This document shows positions 26,212 to 34,883 of a stretch of 45,784 nucleotides of DNA, piece by piece. The stretch is from a virus: UHGV virus genome UHGV-0211200. One strand, 5' to 3'. The stretch's first letter is position 1, and each line of letters opens with the position of its first letter. Position numbers and translations under genes: made by a program. The notes beneath the pieces were generated by a model that saw only the letters and a program-made list of their open reading frames with translations, was not told where the DNA came from and searched no databases.

Positions 26212-26502
26212 TTAGATGTGCCTCCACTCTAAAACAATCCACTTTTCTATTCCATCCTTATCAATCACATGGAACTTCGGATTTTCCTTTCCACCCAGTA
26301 CCTCATTCGGTGAATAAGTCCAGCCCCATGGTGCTGTCAACACAATGCCTGTTTCTGTTTCGTCACAGGCCCATCCTTCTGGCACTGTGTATTCTATCGG
26401 TTCACTTGTGGTTGCTGTTGGGGATGGATTCCCCTCAGTGAATACCGGATGCTTCTCAGCAGATAAACATCCATAATTTATGTATCCTTTAAAAGTTTTC
26501 AT
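26212..26502 (-). CDS. hypothetical protein
   Basis: 96-aa ORF, last gene of the XRE-headed minus-strand unit. Confidence 0.4.
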   Translation of the reverse strand: MKTFKGYINYGCLSAEKHPVFTEGNPSPTATTSEPIEYTVPEGWACDETETGIVLTAPWGWTYSPNEVLGGKENPKFHVIDKDGIEKWIVLEWRHI

Positions 26503-26520
26503 ATTTACATCCTCCTCTTC

Positions 26521-26838
26521 TTAGTCCAGTTTATATTCAAATATTGTTTCCAGCTGTGAGGAATAGAAACGTATTACCCTGTATTTCTCCTCGACTTCCT
26601 GCGCAGGGAAGTCACCCTCCCCTATGATTTCGTTGCCGTCATAGATGGTAAAGCAATAATGCACACCCATGTTTCGGTCATATTTCATCAGATATTTTTT
26701 TCCATCCACTACGATATCATCAACAATACCATAGGTTCTGAGTGTCCTATCATAAATACTCTTATAATGCCGTTTGATTTCTGCGGATAAATCATCCGCA
26801 AACCCTTTTGTCAACCACCTCATTGCATTCACCTCCAT
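26521..26838 (-). CDS. hypothetical protein
   Basis: 105-aa ORF. Start may be the internal Met (MRWLTKG). Confidence 0.4.
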   Translation of the reverse strand: MEVNAMRWLTKGFADDLSAEIKRHYKSIYDRTLRTYGIVDDIVVDGKKYLMKYDRNMGVHYCFTIYDGNEIIGEGDFPAQEVEEKYRVIRFYSSQLETIFEYKLD

Positions 26839-26923
26839 CTTTTGCTATACTTGTATTGGATTGGGGGAGCGGTGGCAAGCCCGCCCTCCCCTGATTCATT
26901 GTCCTGTCCTTTACGGGACTTTT

Positions 26924-27136
26924 TTAATTGTCCTCAATACCTTTCTGGGTATCGTCTATGAGTTTGTCCACCATTATTTCGGCACGCTCATATTCTTTGT
27001 TTTTAAGTGCTTCCTTCAAATCTTTCAAATCCTGTAGCAATCTCCGTAAGTAGCTTTTAAATACGCTCATTTCCTCTGTCAAGTTCCTTTCCTCCTCATA
27101 TTCGTTAAGGACCTTGCCTTCCTTAACCATCTTCAT
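26924..27136 (-). CDS. hypothetical coiled-coil protein
   Basis: 70-aa ORF (EERNLTEEMSVFKSYLRRLLQDLKDLKEALKNKEYERAEIM). Confidence 0.4.
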   Translation of the reverse strand: MKMVKEGKVLNEYEEERNLTEEMSVFKSYLRRLLQDLKDLKEALKNKEYERAEIMVDKLIDDTQKGIEDN

Positions 27137-27165
27137 TATACACTAATTTAGTGCATATGTCAATG

Positions 27166-27399
27166 CTATTCAAAGAAATATTTCACTTTTTCTTCATCAG
27201 TTGCTTCTATCTCTATAATGTCTGATGGCTGTTTTCTAAGCATTATGCAAACCGATTCCAGCGCCGTAATTGGCAAGGGTTTTCCAGCACGGATATTTGT
27301 TAATGCCGTTTCGCTTAAGTATTTATTTTTTCTTATTATATAGGTACTGTATCCTTTTTTCTTAAGTTCTTCTAAAATATCTATCTTATATTTTATCAC
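27166..27399 (-). CDS. XRE-family HTH transcriptional regulator, divergent from the plus-strand cassette
   Basis: 77 aa. GYSTYIIRKNKYLSETALTNIRAGKPLPITALESVCIMLRKQPSDIIE is a typical HTH_XRE. Confidence 0.6.
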   Translation of the reverse strand: MIKYKIDILEELKKKGYSTYIIRKNKYLSETALTNIRAGKPLPITALESVCIMLRKQPSDIIEIEATDEEKVKYFFE

Positions 27400-27482
27400 T
27401 TTTCCACCTCCCTACAATTGCATTATATCATAGGTTTAAATAAATGCAATAAAAATATACACTAAAAAAATGCATTTTTCTA

Positions 27483-27511
27483 TTGACATATACATTAAAA
27501 TAATGTATACT
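27483..27511 (+). promoter_or_regulatory. near-consensus sigma-A promoter with an overlapping operator-like inverted repeat
   Basis: TTGACA at 27483-27488, 17-nt spacer, TATACT at 27506-27511 with an upstream TG. Inverted repeat TATACATT (27489-27496) / AATGTATA (27502-27509). Palindrome AAAAATGCATTTTT at 27466-27479. RBS AGGAGG before the ATG at 27553. Confidence 0.55.
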
Positions 27512-27552
27512 ATAGTCAGAAGTTAAGAGTACGAAAAACAGGAGGTAGCAAA

Positions 27553-27939
27553 ATGAAGAAATATAATTTATCAAACATCATGAAGCGGGCATGGGAATTA
27601 GTAAAGAAAACAGCAATGACAATGAGCGCCGCACTCAGGCAGGCATGGAAGGAAGCAAAGGAAATGGGAGGAAACTTACTGGAAACCTTAAAGACAAACC
27701 TTGAGGCTATGGCTTATGGTGATTACCACATCAATGCTGGCGTTGATCGCCAGGTAGCCGTAAAGAAGTGGGAAAGTGGTAATGCCAAGAGGGCATACCT
27801 CACCATTAACTGTTACACCGCAAATGGCCGCGGCAAAGGCTCCTACAAATGCGGTTACGTAGATTTAGTAACCAATCAGTATGTTGTTGGTAAGTATGAC
27901 GATGTAGACGCATCCAACAGACAGTACATCGGCAGATAA
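27553..27939 (+). CDS. hypothetical protein (plus-strand moron gene 1)
   Basis: 128 aa with strong promoter and RBS. N-terminal helices (IMKRAWELVKK...SAALRQAWKEAK), then a beta-rich Gly/Tyr-rich domain. Confidence 0.55.
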   Translation: MKKYNLSNIMKRAWELVKKTAMTMSAALRQAWKEAKEMGGNLLETLKTNLEAMAYGDYHINAGVDRQVAVKKWESGNAKRAYLTINCYTANGRGKGSYKCGYVDLVTNQYVVGKYDDVDASNRQYIGR

Positions 27940-27997
27940 TTTAATTTTAAAGATACATGATATCCTGGCCCCCAGGGATAAGGGGAGAAAGATAGAT

Positions 27998-28546
27998 ATG
28001 AATACATATAAAGAAGACGGCATGATAGTCAAGCCATTTTATTATTACTCAACTACGATATATGGCAAAGATAGCAGAGGCACTGCAGCTATAATAATTG
28101 ACCAGTGTAACCGCACGGTAGACATCGACCTTACTGCCGGTGCCATGCCGTTCGCAAGGGATGTAATCCTGTTCCTATTATCTGATAAGGATGTCAGGTT
28201 ACTTATTCGGAAATATCAACAGTCGAAACGCCACGAACTGTTTTCCATCAGGGTTTCGGCAGGATTTTCTGGGAGGCATGACATCTATATTAATTATTAT
28301 AATAAGCACGGCCTCCAGACAGGCGGGAAGAAGCTTTTACATGTTTCCCAGTATGGGAAGCTGAATGAGGGATGGAGGAAAATGTATATAGGGGACTTCG
28401 TAGAGATGGCGGCGTTCCTAATGGAACAGTCGAATTCCGATTATGACCTGTCCAACCCAAAGCGGCTCCGCAGGTTAAGCGGTTGCCAGTACATCAAAGG
28501 GTATTTCTGTGATAATGCAGCATGTGATGTCAGTAAGATATTTTAA
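27998..28546 (+). CDS. hypothetical protein (plus-strand moron gene 2)
   Basis: 182-aa ORF, 58 nt after gene 1, same strand. Followed by a terminator hairpin. Confidence 0.55.
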   Translation: MNTYKEDGMIVKPFYYYSTTIYGKDSRGTAAIIIDQCNRTVDIDLTAGAMPFARDVILFLLSDKDVRLLIRKYQQSKRHELFSIRVSAGFSGRHDIYINYYNKHGLQTGGKKLLHVSQYGKLNEGWRKMYIGDFVEMAAFLMEQSNSDYDLSNPKRLRRLSGCQYIKGYFCDNAACDVSKIF

Positions 28547-28583
28547 GCGGCTGCACGACTGGGCAAGGTACATTAAATACAAC

Positions 28584-28614
28584 AAAAAAACAGGCCAAAC
28601 TTATGCTTGGCCTG
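28584..28614 (-). terminator. terminator hairpin at the convergence of the plus-strand cassette and a minus-strand unit
   Basis: A7 run (28584-28590), then stem CAGGCCAA (28591-28598) / TTGGCCTG (28607-28614), 8-nt loop. On the minus strand the stem is followed by U7. Confidence 0.5.
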
Positions 28615-28956
28615 CCTACGACTTAACAGTAAACCACCGATAGCTGGATGATATGGCTTTTTTCAATCCACGCCCTAAAGGGCGAACAGCAACTGTTGTG
28701 CCGGTACTTAGATACACGGAGCATATCCTCCGAAGTAATCATATTATAGCATGATTTCCTTGAAATGTAAATAGCAAAAAGTGAATAGCAAGATGCTACG
28801 CACTTTTTACACACTCATAAATTTAATATAACTTATTTCTACCCACAGGGATGGTTTCCCATCCCTGACACGTACATTGTATGTCTGCCACTGACTATAG
28901 TATATATCAGATGGGGCAGGAAATCAAGAATATAGTAACGATGTGCATTTTTTATA

Positions 28957-29157
28957 TTAACACACCCTTATAATTTTGTTATTTACTTTTCGACTCAACC
29001 TTTTTGCAGTGGAAATACTTACATTCATCAGTTCAGCGCAATATTCCAAAGGATAATTTTTAGCCCGATACTCAAACAGTGCCCGTTCCTCATCCGTAAA
29101 GTTACAATATGTACGAAAATAATTTAGTTCTGGCACTGTAAAGTCATATACCTTCAA
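28957..29157 (-). CDS. sigma-70 region-4-like / LuxR-type HTH mini-protein
   Basis: 66 aa. FTDEERALFEYRAKNYPLEYCAELMNVSISTAKRLSRKVNNKI resembles sigma region 4. Confidence 0.45.
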   Translation of the reverse strand: MKVYDFTVPELNYFRTYCNFTDEERALFEYRAKNYPLEYCAELMNVSISTAKRLSRKVNNKIIRVC

Positions 29158-29168
29158 AGCAACGCTCC

Positions 29169-29462
29169 TTAAATACCTTCTGACAAATGTTTTATCATTG
29201 TTTCTTTTGTTTTTTTTAAACCATCTATGTTGTTACCAGTTATACGATTATCAATTAATGCTATCATTCCTTGGCATAAAAGAGATTGCATATCTCTTAT
29301 TTCTTGGATGGATTTATAATCCTTTTCTACATTTATTTCCAATTTATCCACTCGTTTTTTTAATTTAAATGCTGGATGAAACAATTTGTATATTACGGCT
29401 CCTGCGCCTCCAAGAGTAATAAGCCAACCGCATACAACCATAATAGAGTTTAATGTTTCCAT
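29169..29462 (-). CDS. small membrane protein with N-terminal TM and coiled coil
   Basis: 97 aa. IMVVCGWLITLGGAGAVIYKLF, then a helical region. Confidence 0.4.
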   Translation of the reverse strand: METLNSIMVVCGWLITLGGAGAVIYKLFHPAFKLKKRVDKLEINVEKDYKSIQEIRDMQSLLCQGMIALIDNRITGNNIDGLKKTKETMIKHLSEGI

Positions 29463-29465
29463 AAA

Positions 29466-29846
29466 TTATCGCCTTTCCCAGTAGTATATTGGTATTTCCT
29501 GCCCGCTGTCCCATGTATCGTAATAATATCCATCCTGCACGCATACCACATGACCGTCTATTGCCAGTATATAAGTACCCATAGGATTATCCTGGCAAAA
29601 GTCCTCTACCGTGTAAACATCTTTCCCGTGGTCGTCAACTATGTATCGTTTAAACCCATTCTGCCTCAGGTACGCTCCCCATACATGATTAGCTGACGGC
29701 ATATCAGATAGTGCACAGGCGCAGACAGTCACACCAGCAAATACCATTTCCCAGTCACTGTCTATGGCTTTGGCTATAGCTCGGATGGGGCAATCACCAA
29801 CACGCTGATTGCGTGGATTAGGATTAAATAGTTTCCATCTGCTCAT
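29466..29846 (-). CDS. hypothetical protein with conserved Cys and His (possible papain-like hydrolase fold)
   Basis: ORF trimmed to MSRWKLF, whose ATG overlaps the minor-head-protein stop (ATGA). GDCPIRAIAKAI ... GHVVCVQDGYYYDTWDSG. Confidence 0.45.
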   Translation of the reverse strand: MSRWKLFNPNPRNQRVGDCPIRAIAKAIDSDWEMVFAGVTVCACALSDMPSANHVWGAYLRQNGFKRYIVDDHGKDVYTVEDFCQDNPMGTYILAIDGHVVCVQDGYYYDTWDSGQEIPIYYWERR

Positions 29847-31066
29847 TCTTCTTTTCCTTTCGCATTCTGATACCGCCGCGCTGCTCCCCTGGCCTTTGCG
29901 GCTTGTTCCCGGTTCCATCTCGCAATCTGTAACCGTTCTTGCTGGGTGCGCAAGTCGTTCATTTTACAAAATTCGTTATATGCCTTATTCTGCCGCTGTA
30001 ACAGATACGACTTGCGGTCAATGTCTAACTGCATTTCAAATTTAACTGATTCGTCCTTGCATTTATCCACGGCCTCCTGCATCCCCATGACTTCACGTTT
30101 GGTCTTTCTGATGCGCCGTTCAAGCGTTCGCTGCCGATTCTCCAGCTGCTCAACCTTGTAATTGTCTGCGGTTTGGATGTCTTTGTATGGATTGTTTACC
30201 CCATCACCGCTTCCGAAGGAGTGACGGCAGTTCCATCCACATAACCCTTCACCTGTTCCGTATCCAGTCTGGGAAAATGGAGGAAAGCGCTTATCCTTTC
30301 CAGTCCTGCTATAAAACTGCCCTTGCCACCATAAATGATTGCCCGGATTCTGCCCTCCGTCACCGGTTCTGGCCCCGATGTGCGCCGACACCAGTATGAT
30401 ATCCCAGTCCATTTCTTCCATACGCTTAATAGATATATCTCCCGTGGCCTGGGCTACTCCGGTGCGTACTGCGCGCGCTGTGGCAGTTTCTATGGTATCT
30501 TTGTGGTCCGAAGGATATTGTACTATCACTCCGACCGATACCACATTATTAACTGCCCCTTTGACAGCCTGTGTGTATGATACAGCCCCAGAAGATACAA
30601 GATGGTAAGCATTATCGCACTCATTGATAAAAAGCCTTTGTGCGGCTTCTGCTGTGGTCCTAGTATAGTTTTTCCACTCTCCTATTGTTGCATCCATGTT
30701 TCGTTCCATCAATCGAATAAGCTGCGGTGATTGGGTAAGCGGTGTTGGAGACAAACCAGCAGCTTCATATATTTTATGGTCGTATTCCAGGGCCTTGACT
30801 CCAGCTTCTTCCATTGCGGACTTGATTTCTTTTTTCTGCCGCTTAGTGACTTTGGATAACTCTGCCGTTATATCCTCCAGCAGATATCCTGCATCCTGCA
30901 ATATCTGTATGCGCCATCGGTCAGATGAGGTGAGCAGGTAATCATCACCGCGGCCTATGCGTATCATCATGCGGTCTATTATCTGACGGATAATGTATGT
31001 ATGGAGCTGTGAGGCTATTTCTTCGCTTCCTTCTGCGATTCTTGCAAGGTACTCAGGGCTTAACAT
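29843..31066 (-). CDS. minor head protein (Phage Mu F-like / SPP1 gp7-like)
   Basis: 407 aa. GWNCRHS motif typical of Mu-F-like head morphogenesis proteins. Immediately downstream of the portal. Confidence 0.8.
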   Translation of the reverse strand: MLSPEYLARIAEGSEEIASQLHTYIIRQIIDRMMIRIGRGDDYLLTSSDRWRIQILQDAGYLLEDITAELSKVTKRQKKEIKSAMEEAGVKALEYDHKIYEAAGLSPTPLTQSPQLIRLMERNMDATIGEWKNYTRTTAEAAQRLFINECDNAYHLVSSGAVSYTQAVKGAVNNVVSVGVIVQYPSDHKDTIETATARAVRTGVAQATGDISIKRMEEMDWDIILVSAHIGARTGDGGQNPGNHLWWQGQFYSRTGKDKRFPPFSQTGYGTGEGLCGWNCRHSFGSGDGVNNPYKDIQTADNYKVEQLENRQRTLERRIRKTKREVMGMQEAVDKCKDESVKFEMQLDIDRKSYLLQRQNKAYNEFCKMNDLRTQQERLQIARWNREQAAKARGAARRYQNAKGKEE

Positions 31067-31171
31067 TTACTCTTCCTTCTTTCCCTTATGTCTAATCGAC
31101 CATTCAAATACTTTCGGGGCAAATGGACCAAGTGGTATATTGAATACTATCCAAATTAATAAGCTTCTCAA
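31067..31171 (-). CDS. possible 34-aa hydrophobic peptide between portal and minor head genes
   Basis: TTG start 7 nt after GAGGAGG. Product LRSLLIWIVFNIPLGPFAPKVFEWSIRHKGKKEE. Its stop overlaps the ATG of the minor head gene. Confidence 0.2.
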   Translation of the reverse strand: MRSLLIWIVFNIPLGPFAPKVFEWSIRHKGKKEE

Positions 31172-31172
31172 T

Positions 31173-32606
31173 TTATTCCTCCTCAAACATCCTAGGTCCA
31201 TCCTTCGGCTGTGCTTCCTTTACCATAGCTTTTGCATCTTCTTCAGATAATCCCTCAAACTTCTGGAAATACATCCAGGGTGGTACCTTCCCCTGCACAA
31301 CATACTGCCACCATCTTGCCCGGTCCTCTTCACGGTTGTATGTAATGTCCCCAAAATCATATGTCATTTCGTAGTTTCCGGCTGGTGCCAGTCCGTACAG
31401 GTCAGCATATACATTGAGCGCATATATTGCCCCGTCAAGACAACTTTCCAGTTTGTCGCGCACATCCTTGATTAGCTGTATGGTTCTCCTGTCGTCAGCC
31501 TCTACCTGTGTGGCTGTGACCATTCCTGTTTTTTCATCAAGCACAAAATACCCATTGGAATATCCACACTTAAATCCCACAAATGAGAGTAGGTTGTTTA
31601 TTCCGGTAATTCTGATATCAGTATTCAACGATGGAACAATCTCCTGATAGAAAGACTCTGTTCCATTTCCAAATACATTTTTAACATAATGAGGAAGCTT
31701 TTCATTGCTCATGCCAGCATAACGGCTTTTAATGTTTGTACCGCTTCCAAACATCAGCTGGTCATCTGCCAATATGATTTTCTCACTGTCAAATATTTCA
31801 CCCACGTTTCGGCTATATGCTATATCAAGGTCCTTTAATTCTTCTATGGCCTCGGCATACATCGGCAATCCCAAATGTGATGAAATATCCAAATTATTAG
31901 CCTGTGGAGTGCGTAATATGCCAAACATGGGACCATCTATTTGCTCATTGTTTGCTTTAAGTATAGGTGGAGTCTCTGGAAGCAAATCGGACCACTTAGT
32001 CCTATTTAATGCTATCGGGTCCCCCACACTTTTTGCAGAGTGAGACACATAAGCCCTATTGGATATGTAATATGGGTAATAGGTGTTCTCTCCATCTTTG
32101 ACTTCGACAAACCGATGATACTCAAACCGAGTATAATACTTATCATTTTCGCTGTAGCTATCCTTGAATACGATTCCGTATATACCTTCATTGTCGCAGT
32201 CTGTAATGATAAAATCCATGGGTGTGAATATGTCCAGTCCCTTTCCATTGGGCTTAAGGATGATTGTGCCGTAGGCCATACCATATTCTACCCAGTGACG
32301 AATCTGGAAATATATCTTATCAATCTGCTCCTGGAGCCATGCCGCCCGCGCGCTTCCATCAATCTGTATTCCGATTGCCAGGGTAGCAAGCCGGGCCGTC
32401 TCGGAGCAGATGGCCTTTGCAAAATTGATTGTCTTAACGTTATCGTCAGCGTTCACCCAATAGGGCGTACCACGGTAGATATTGGCGCACTCTGCAATCT
32501 TGCTTTCCATCTCCGGGGATACTACTGACTCAACATTAAAATCTTCTTCTGCCTGTCGCTTGAATATCATTCCTATCACCTTTTTAGCACATGTTATTAG
32601 TCCCAT
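31173..32606 (-). CDS. portal protein (SPP1 gp6-like)
   Basis: 477 aa directly downstream of the terminase. AGGTGA RBS 4 nt before the ATG. Size and acidic C-terminus typical of portals. Confidence 0.8.
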   Translation of the reverse strand: MGLITCAKKVIGMIFKRQAEEDFNVESVVSPEMESKIAECANIYRGTPYWVNADDNVKTINFAKAICSETARLATLAIGIQIDGSARAAWLQEQIDKIYFQIRHWVEYGMAYGTIILKPNGKGLDIFTPMDFIITDCDNEGIYGIVFKDSYSENDKYYTRFEYHRFVEVKDGENTYYPYYISNRAYVSHSAKSVGDPIALNRTKWSDLLPETPPILKANNEQIDGPMFGILRTPQANNLDISSHLGLPMYAEAIEELKDLDIAYSRNVGEIFDSEKIILADDQLMFGSGTNIKSRYAGMSNEKLPHYVKNVFGNGTESFYQEIVPSLNTDIRITGINNLLSFVGFKCGYSNGYFVLDEKTGMVTATQVEADDRRTIQLIKDVRDKLESCLDGAIYALNVYADLYGLAPAGNYEMTYDFGDITYNREEDRARWWQYVVQGKVPPWMYFQKFEGLSEEDAKAMVKEAQPKDGPRMFEEE

Positions 32607-32610
32607 TTAG

Positions 32611-32799
32611 TCACCTGATTTTTTCTGCTATTTTTTCACCTATGAAAAACGCAAGATTAAATGCGCCAAAGATTAGCATAAGAAATAATGTCAACGGCCA
32701 AAAGAACAACGGAATCAGCGAAGTCTCTCCGTTTACTTGCATAAATCCAGAAACAATAGTCCCGATTAATAAATAAATTAAAATCAATATATAAATCAT
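32611..32799 (-). CDS. small hydrophobic protein between terL and portal
   Basis: 62 aa with two hydrophobic helices. 4-nt overlap with the TerL stop. Confidence 0.3.
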   Translation of the reverse strand: MIYILILIYLLIGTIVSGFMQVNGETSLIPLFFWPLTLFLMLIFGAFNLAFFIGEKIAEKIR

Positions 32800-34049
32800 G
32801 CGCTGTTTCCTCTCCTCATTGACAGTGGGCTTGTAGCATACCGCAGAGCGTCTATCCAGTGGTTATTGTGGTCTGGATAGTCTGCAATCACTTCCCCATT
32901 GCTGTCTACTTCATGTTCATACTCTATGATTTCCTTGTATGCTCTCGGCGTTCTGGCCGGGTCTATAACGATTGTCCGGCACTGAAGCCATTCAAAGGTA
33001 TATTTCACACTACCCGGCCCAACATTGGCCTGTCTGGCAGGAAGTCCAGCATCCCTAAAGTCAACTATGCTTTCCTGTTCATCAGCGCCGCAGCGGATTT
33101 CATAATCATCATAGCCCTTTTCCTTTATATCCTCTGCCATTTGGCTGTTACGGATTTTACAGCCGCCCAACTCGTCCAACAGATAGATTGTTTCAGTGCT
33201 ATGGATGTACGCCGCCCGGATAAAGGCTTTCGGGTCAGGATACCAGCCCCAGTCTTGCCCTTGATAGATACGCTCCATGCGGCTGATTTCTTCGTCTGTT
33301 ATTGTACGCACATCCAACATATCAAAAATATTCGTTCCCAGTCCAACGGGATTGCCCATGTATTCATGTTCATATGCCCTTGGATTGGTGGCTTTCAGAT
33401 GTTCGGCGTCTGCTATAAACTGTTCTCCCAGCCATTCCTCCGGCACTGTGGTATAGTCGCTCTTGTGCCGGCAGCTGTCCTCTCTTGGCTCGTTGACGTA
33501 CACATTCGCCCAGTTGCTCCGGCTGATTGGAGGGTTGAAGGACTTGAACACCACAAATTTACTCCCGCCACGAAGGACGGACTGCTGCACTGTTCGGATT
33601 TCCTCAATCCCGGCAAACTCGTCCAATTCCTCGAACCAGAGGTATTTAAAATATCCTCGGCTCGTCTTGATAGATTTCGTTTTCTTCGCCTTGTCCAGTC
33701 CTCGGAAGATGATTTTCTGGCCAGTGGGTTTATACACATACTGCATGTGGCTAACACTGGACTCCCACAGGTCATTGGCCCCCAGTGCATCAATCGCCCA
33801 TGCAATTTGTTCAAATACAGATTCCCGTAAGGTGTTTCCTACCTTACGAAATACTGCCGAATTGCTGAAAACTCCGTCCTTTTCGTCCTGCATCATCCCC
33901 AGTATAATTTCCACGGACATGAAAGAGGACTTCGTGGAGCCGCGCCCGCCGTAGAGGTCATAATATGTATGCTTTCCGTCCAGGATATCCCAGTGAACGT
34001 CATAAAAGGAAGGGGCGATTACATCAGTCAGATTTATTATGTCACTCAT
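32796..34049 (-). CDS. terL: terminase large subunit (PBSX/XtmB-like)
   Basis: 417 aa. Walker A YGGRGSTKS near the N-terminus. ATGA overlap with terS. Confidence 0.9.
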   Translation of the reverse strand: MSDIINLTDVIAPSFYDVHWDILDGKHTYYDLYGGRGSTKSSFMSVEIILGMMQDEKDGVFSNSAVFRKVGNTLRESVFEQIAWAIDALGANDLWESSVSHMQYVYKPTGQKIIFRGLDKAKKTKSIKTSRGYFKYLWFEELDEFAGIEEIRTVQQSVLRGGSKFVVFKSFNPPISRSNWANVYVNEPREDSCRHKSDYTTVPEEWLGEQFIADAEHLKATNPRAYEHEYMGNPVGLGTNIFDMLDVRTITDEEISRMERIYQGQDWGWYPDPKAFIRAAYIHSTETIYLLDELGGCKIRNSQMAEDIKEKGYDDYEIRCGADEQESIVDFRDAGLPARQANVGPGSVKYTFEWLQCRTIVIDPARTPRAYKEIIEYEHEVDSNGEVIADYPDHNNHWIDALRYATSPLSMRRGNSA

Positions 34050-34471
34050 GCATCACCATTCCCCTTTCCCGGCTTTGGTATATCATTCAAAATGGTGACT
34101 CCTTCTGCATTTTCTCCTTTTTTTGTATTATCCATAAATTTATCAACTACTATCCCCATCGCTGTTGCAATTTGGGATATAGTTGCACTTTCCAGCTTTT
34201 CCGGGTCTGCCAGCTTTTCAAGGTACTTATCTATTATCCCTTGTGCCTGCTCTTTTCGGGAATCCATATAAGCTAACATGTCCGCTGTGTTCTGTTCTTT
34301 TTTTTGTTTGCATTTTTGTGCAATATCTGCATTTTGTGTGCATATCTTTTTGACTGTGTTCAGCGCCACTCCAAATTTCTTTGCTGTGGCATTATAACTT
34401 CCAGTCTCCACATAATCAGCGATAATATCTTTTTTCTGCTTATCCGTCAGCCTGGAAGCCACACTCACCAC
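34046..34471 (-). CDS. terS: terminase small subunit
   Basis: N-terminal HTH LTDKQKKDIIADYVETGSYNATAKKFGVALNTVKKI typical of TerS. The start may be the internal GTG about 9 nt downstream of AGAGG. Confidence 0.65.
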   Translation of the reverse strand: MVSVASRLTDKQKKDIIADYVETGSYNATAKKFGVALNTVKKICTQNADIAQKCKQKKEQNTADMLAYMDSRKEQAQGIIDKYLEKLADPEKLESATISQIATAMGIVVDKFMDNTKKGENAEGVTILNDIPKPGKGNGDA

Positions 34472-34569
34472 CTCTTATTCTTTGTGCTTCACACGGTATA
34501 ATAGTCCTATACTAATTTTACCATGCGTATGTAATGTAAATCGTCCCCACATTTAAGCATATACACTAA

Positions 34570-34878
34570 TCATCCTTTCCACCTCCCAAACAATGTCATC
34601 AACCGCCTATATTCATCCAGCGTTTTTCTTTGATACCCGTAAAAATCATCCCGTTTGATTGGTATATTCTTCCTCTTACTCAGCTTGTCATATCCGATAT
34701 TACTTACAAGGCTTTCGTATATCTCCACCTCCAGACCAGGAGCCGAGGATATGGCGCACTGGAACAATGTTAGCTTATCTTCTACGCTGGCGTTCTGGCA
34801 GTATTCTTTTATGCGCTTAGCTTCATCATCAGTAATACCATAGTCGCTGTAGTTTTTATATCTGGTTCTCATGTCCAT
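34570..34878 (-). CDS. hypothetical protein between the recombinase and terS
   Basis: 102-aa ORF, no recognisable motif. Confidence 0.35.
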   Translation of the reverse strand: MDMRTRYKNYSDYGITDDEAKRIKEYCQNASVEDKLTLFQCAISSAPGLEVEIYESLVSNIGYDKLSKRKNIPIKRDDFYGYQRKTLDEYRRLMTLFGRWKG

Positions 34879-34883
34879 CCTTT

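Noticed and set aside
29169-29462. Calling the TM/coiled-coil protein a holin or XhlA-like haemolysin
   Set aside because: XhlA proteins carry the TM segment at the C-terminus, whereas this one is N-terminal. It is not adjacent to the lysin. It is kept as a generic membrane protein.
32859-33830. 323-aa plus-strand ORF
   Set aside because: It lies entirely antisense within the terminase large-subunit gene, which has a Walker A motif and PBSX-type similarity. The plus-strand product is compositionally odd with no RBS. It is a shadow ORF.
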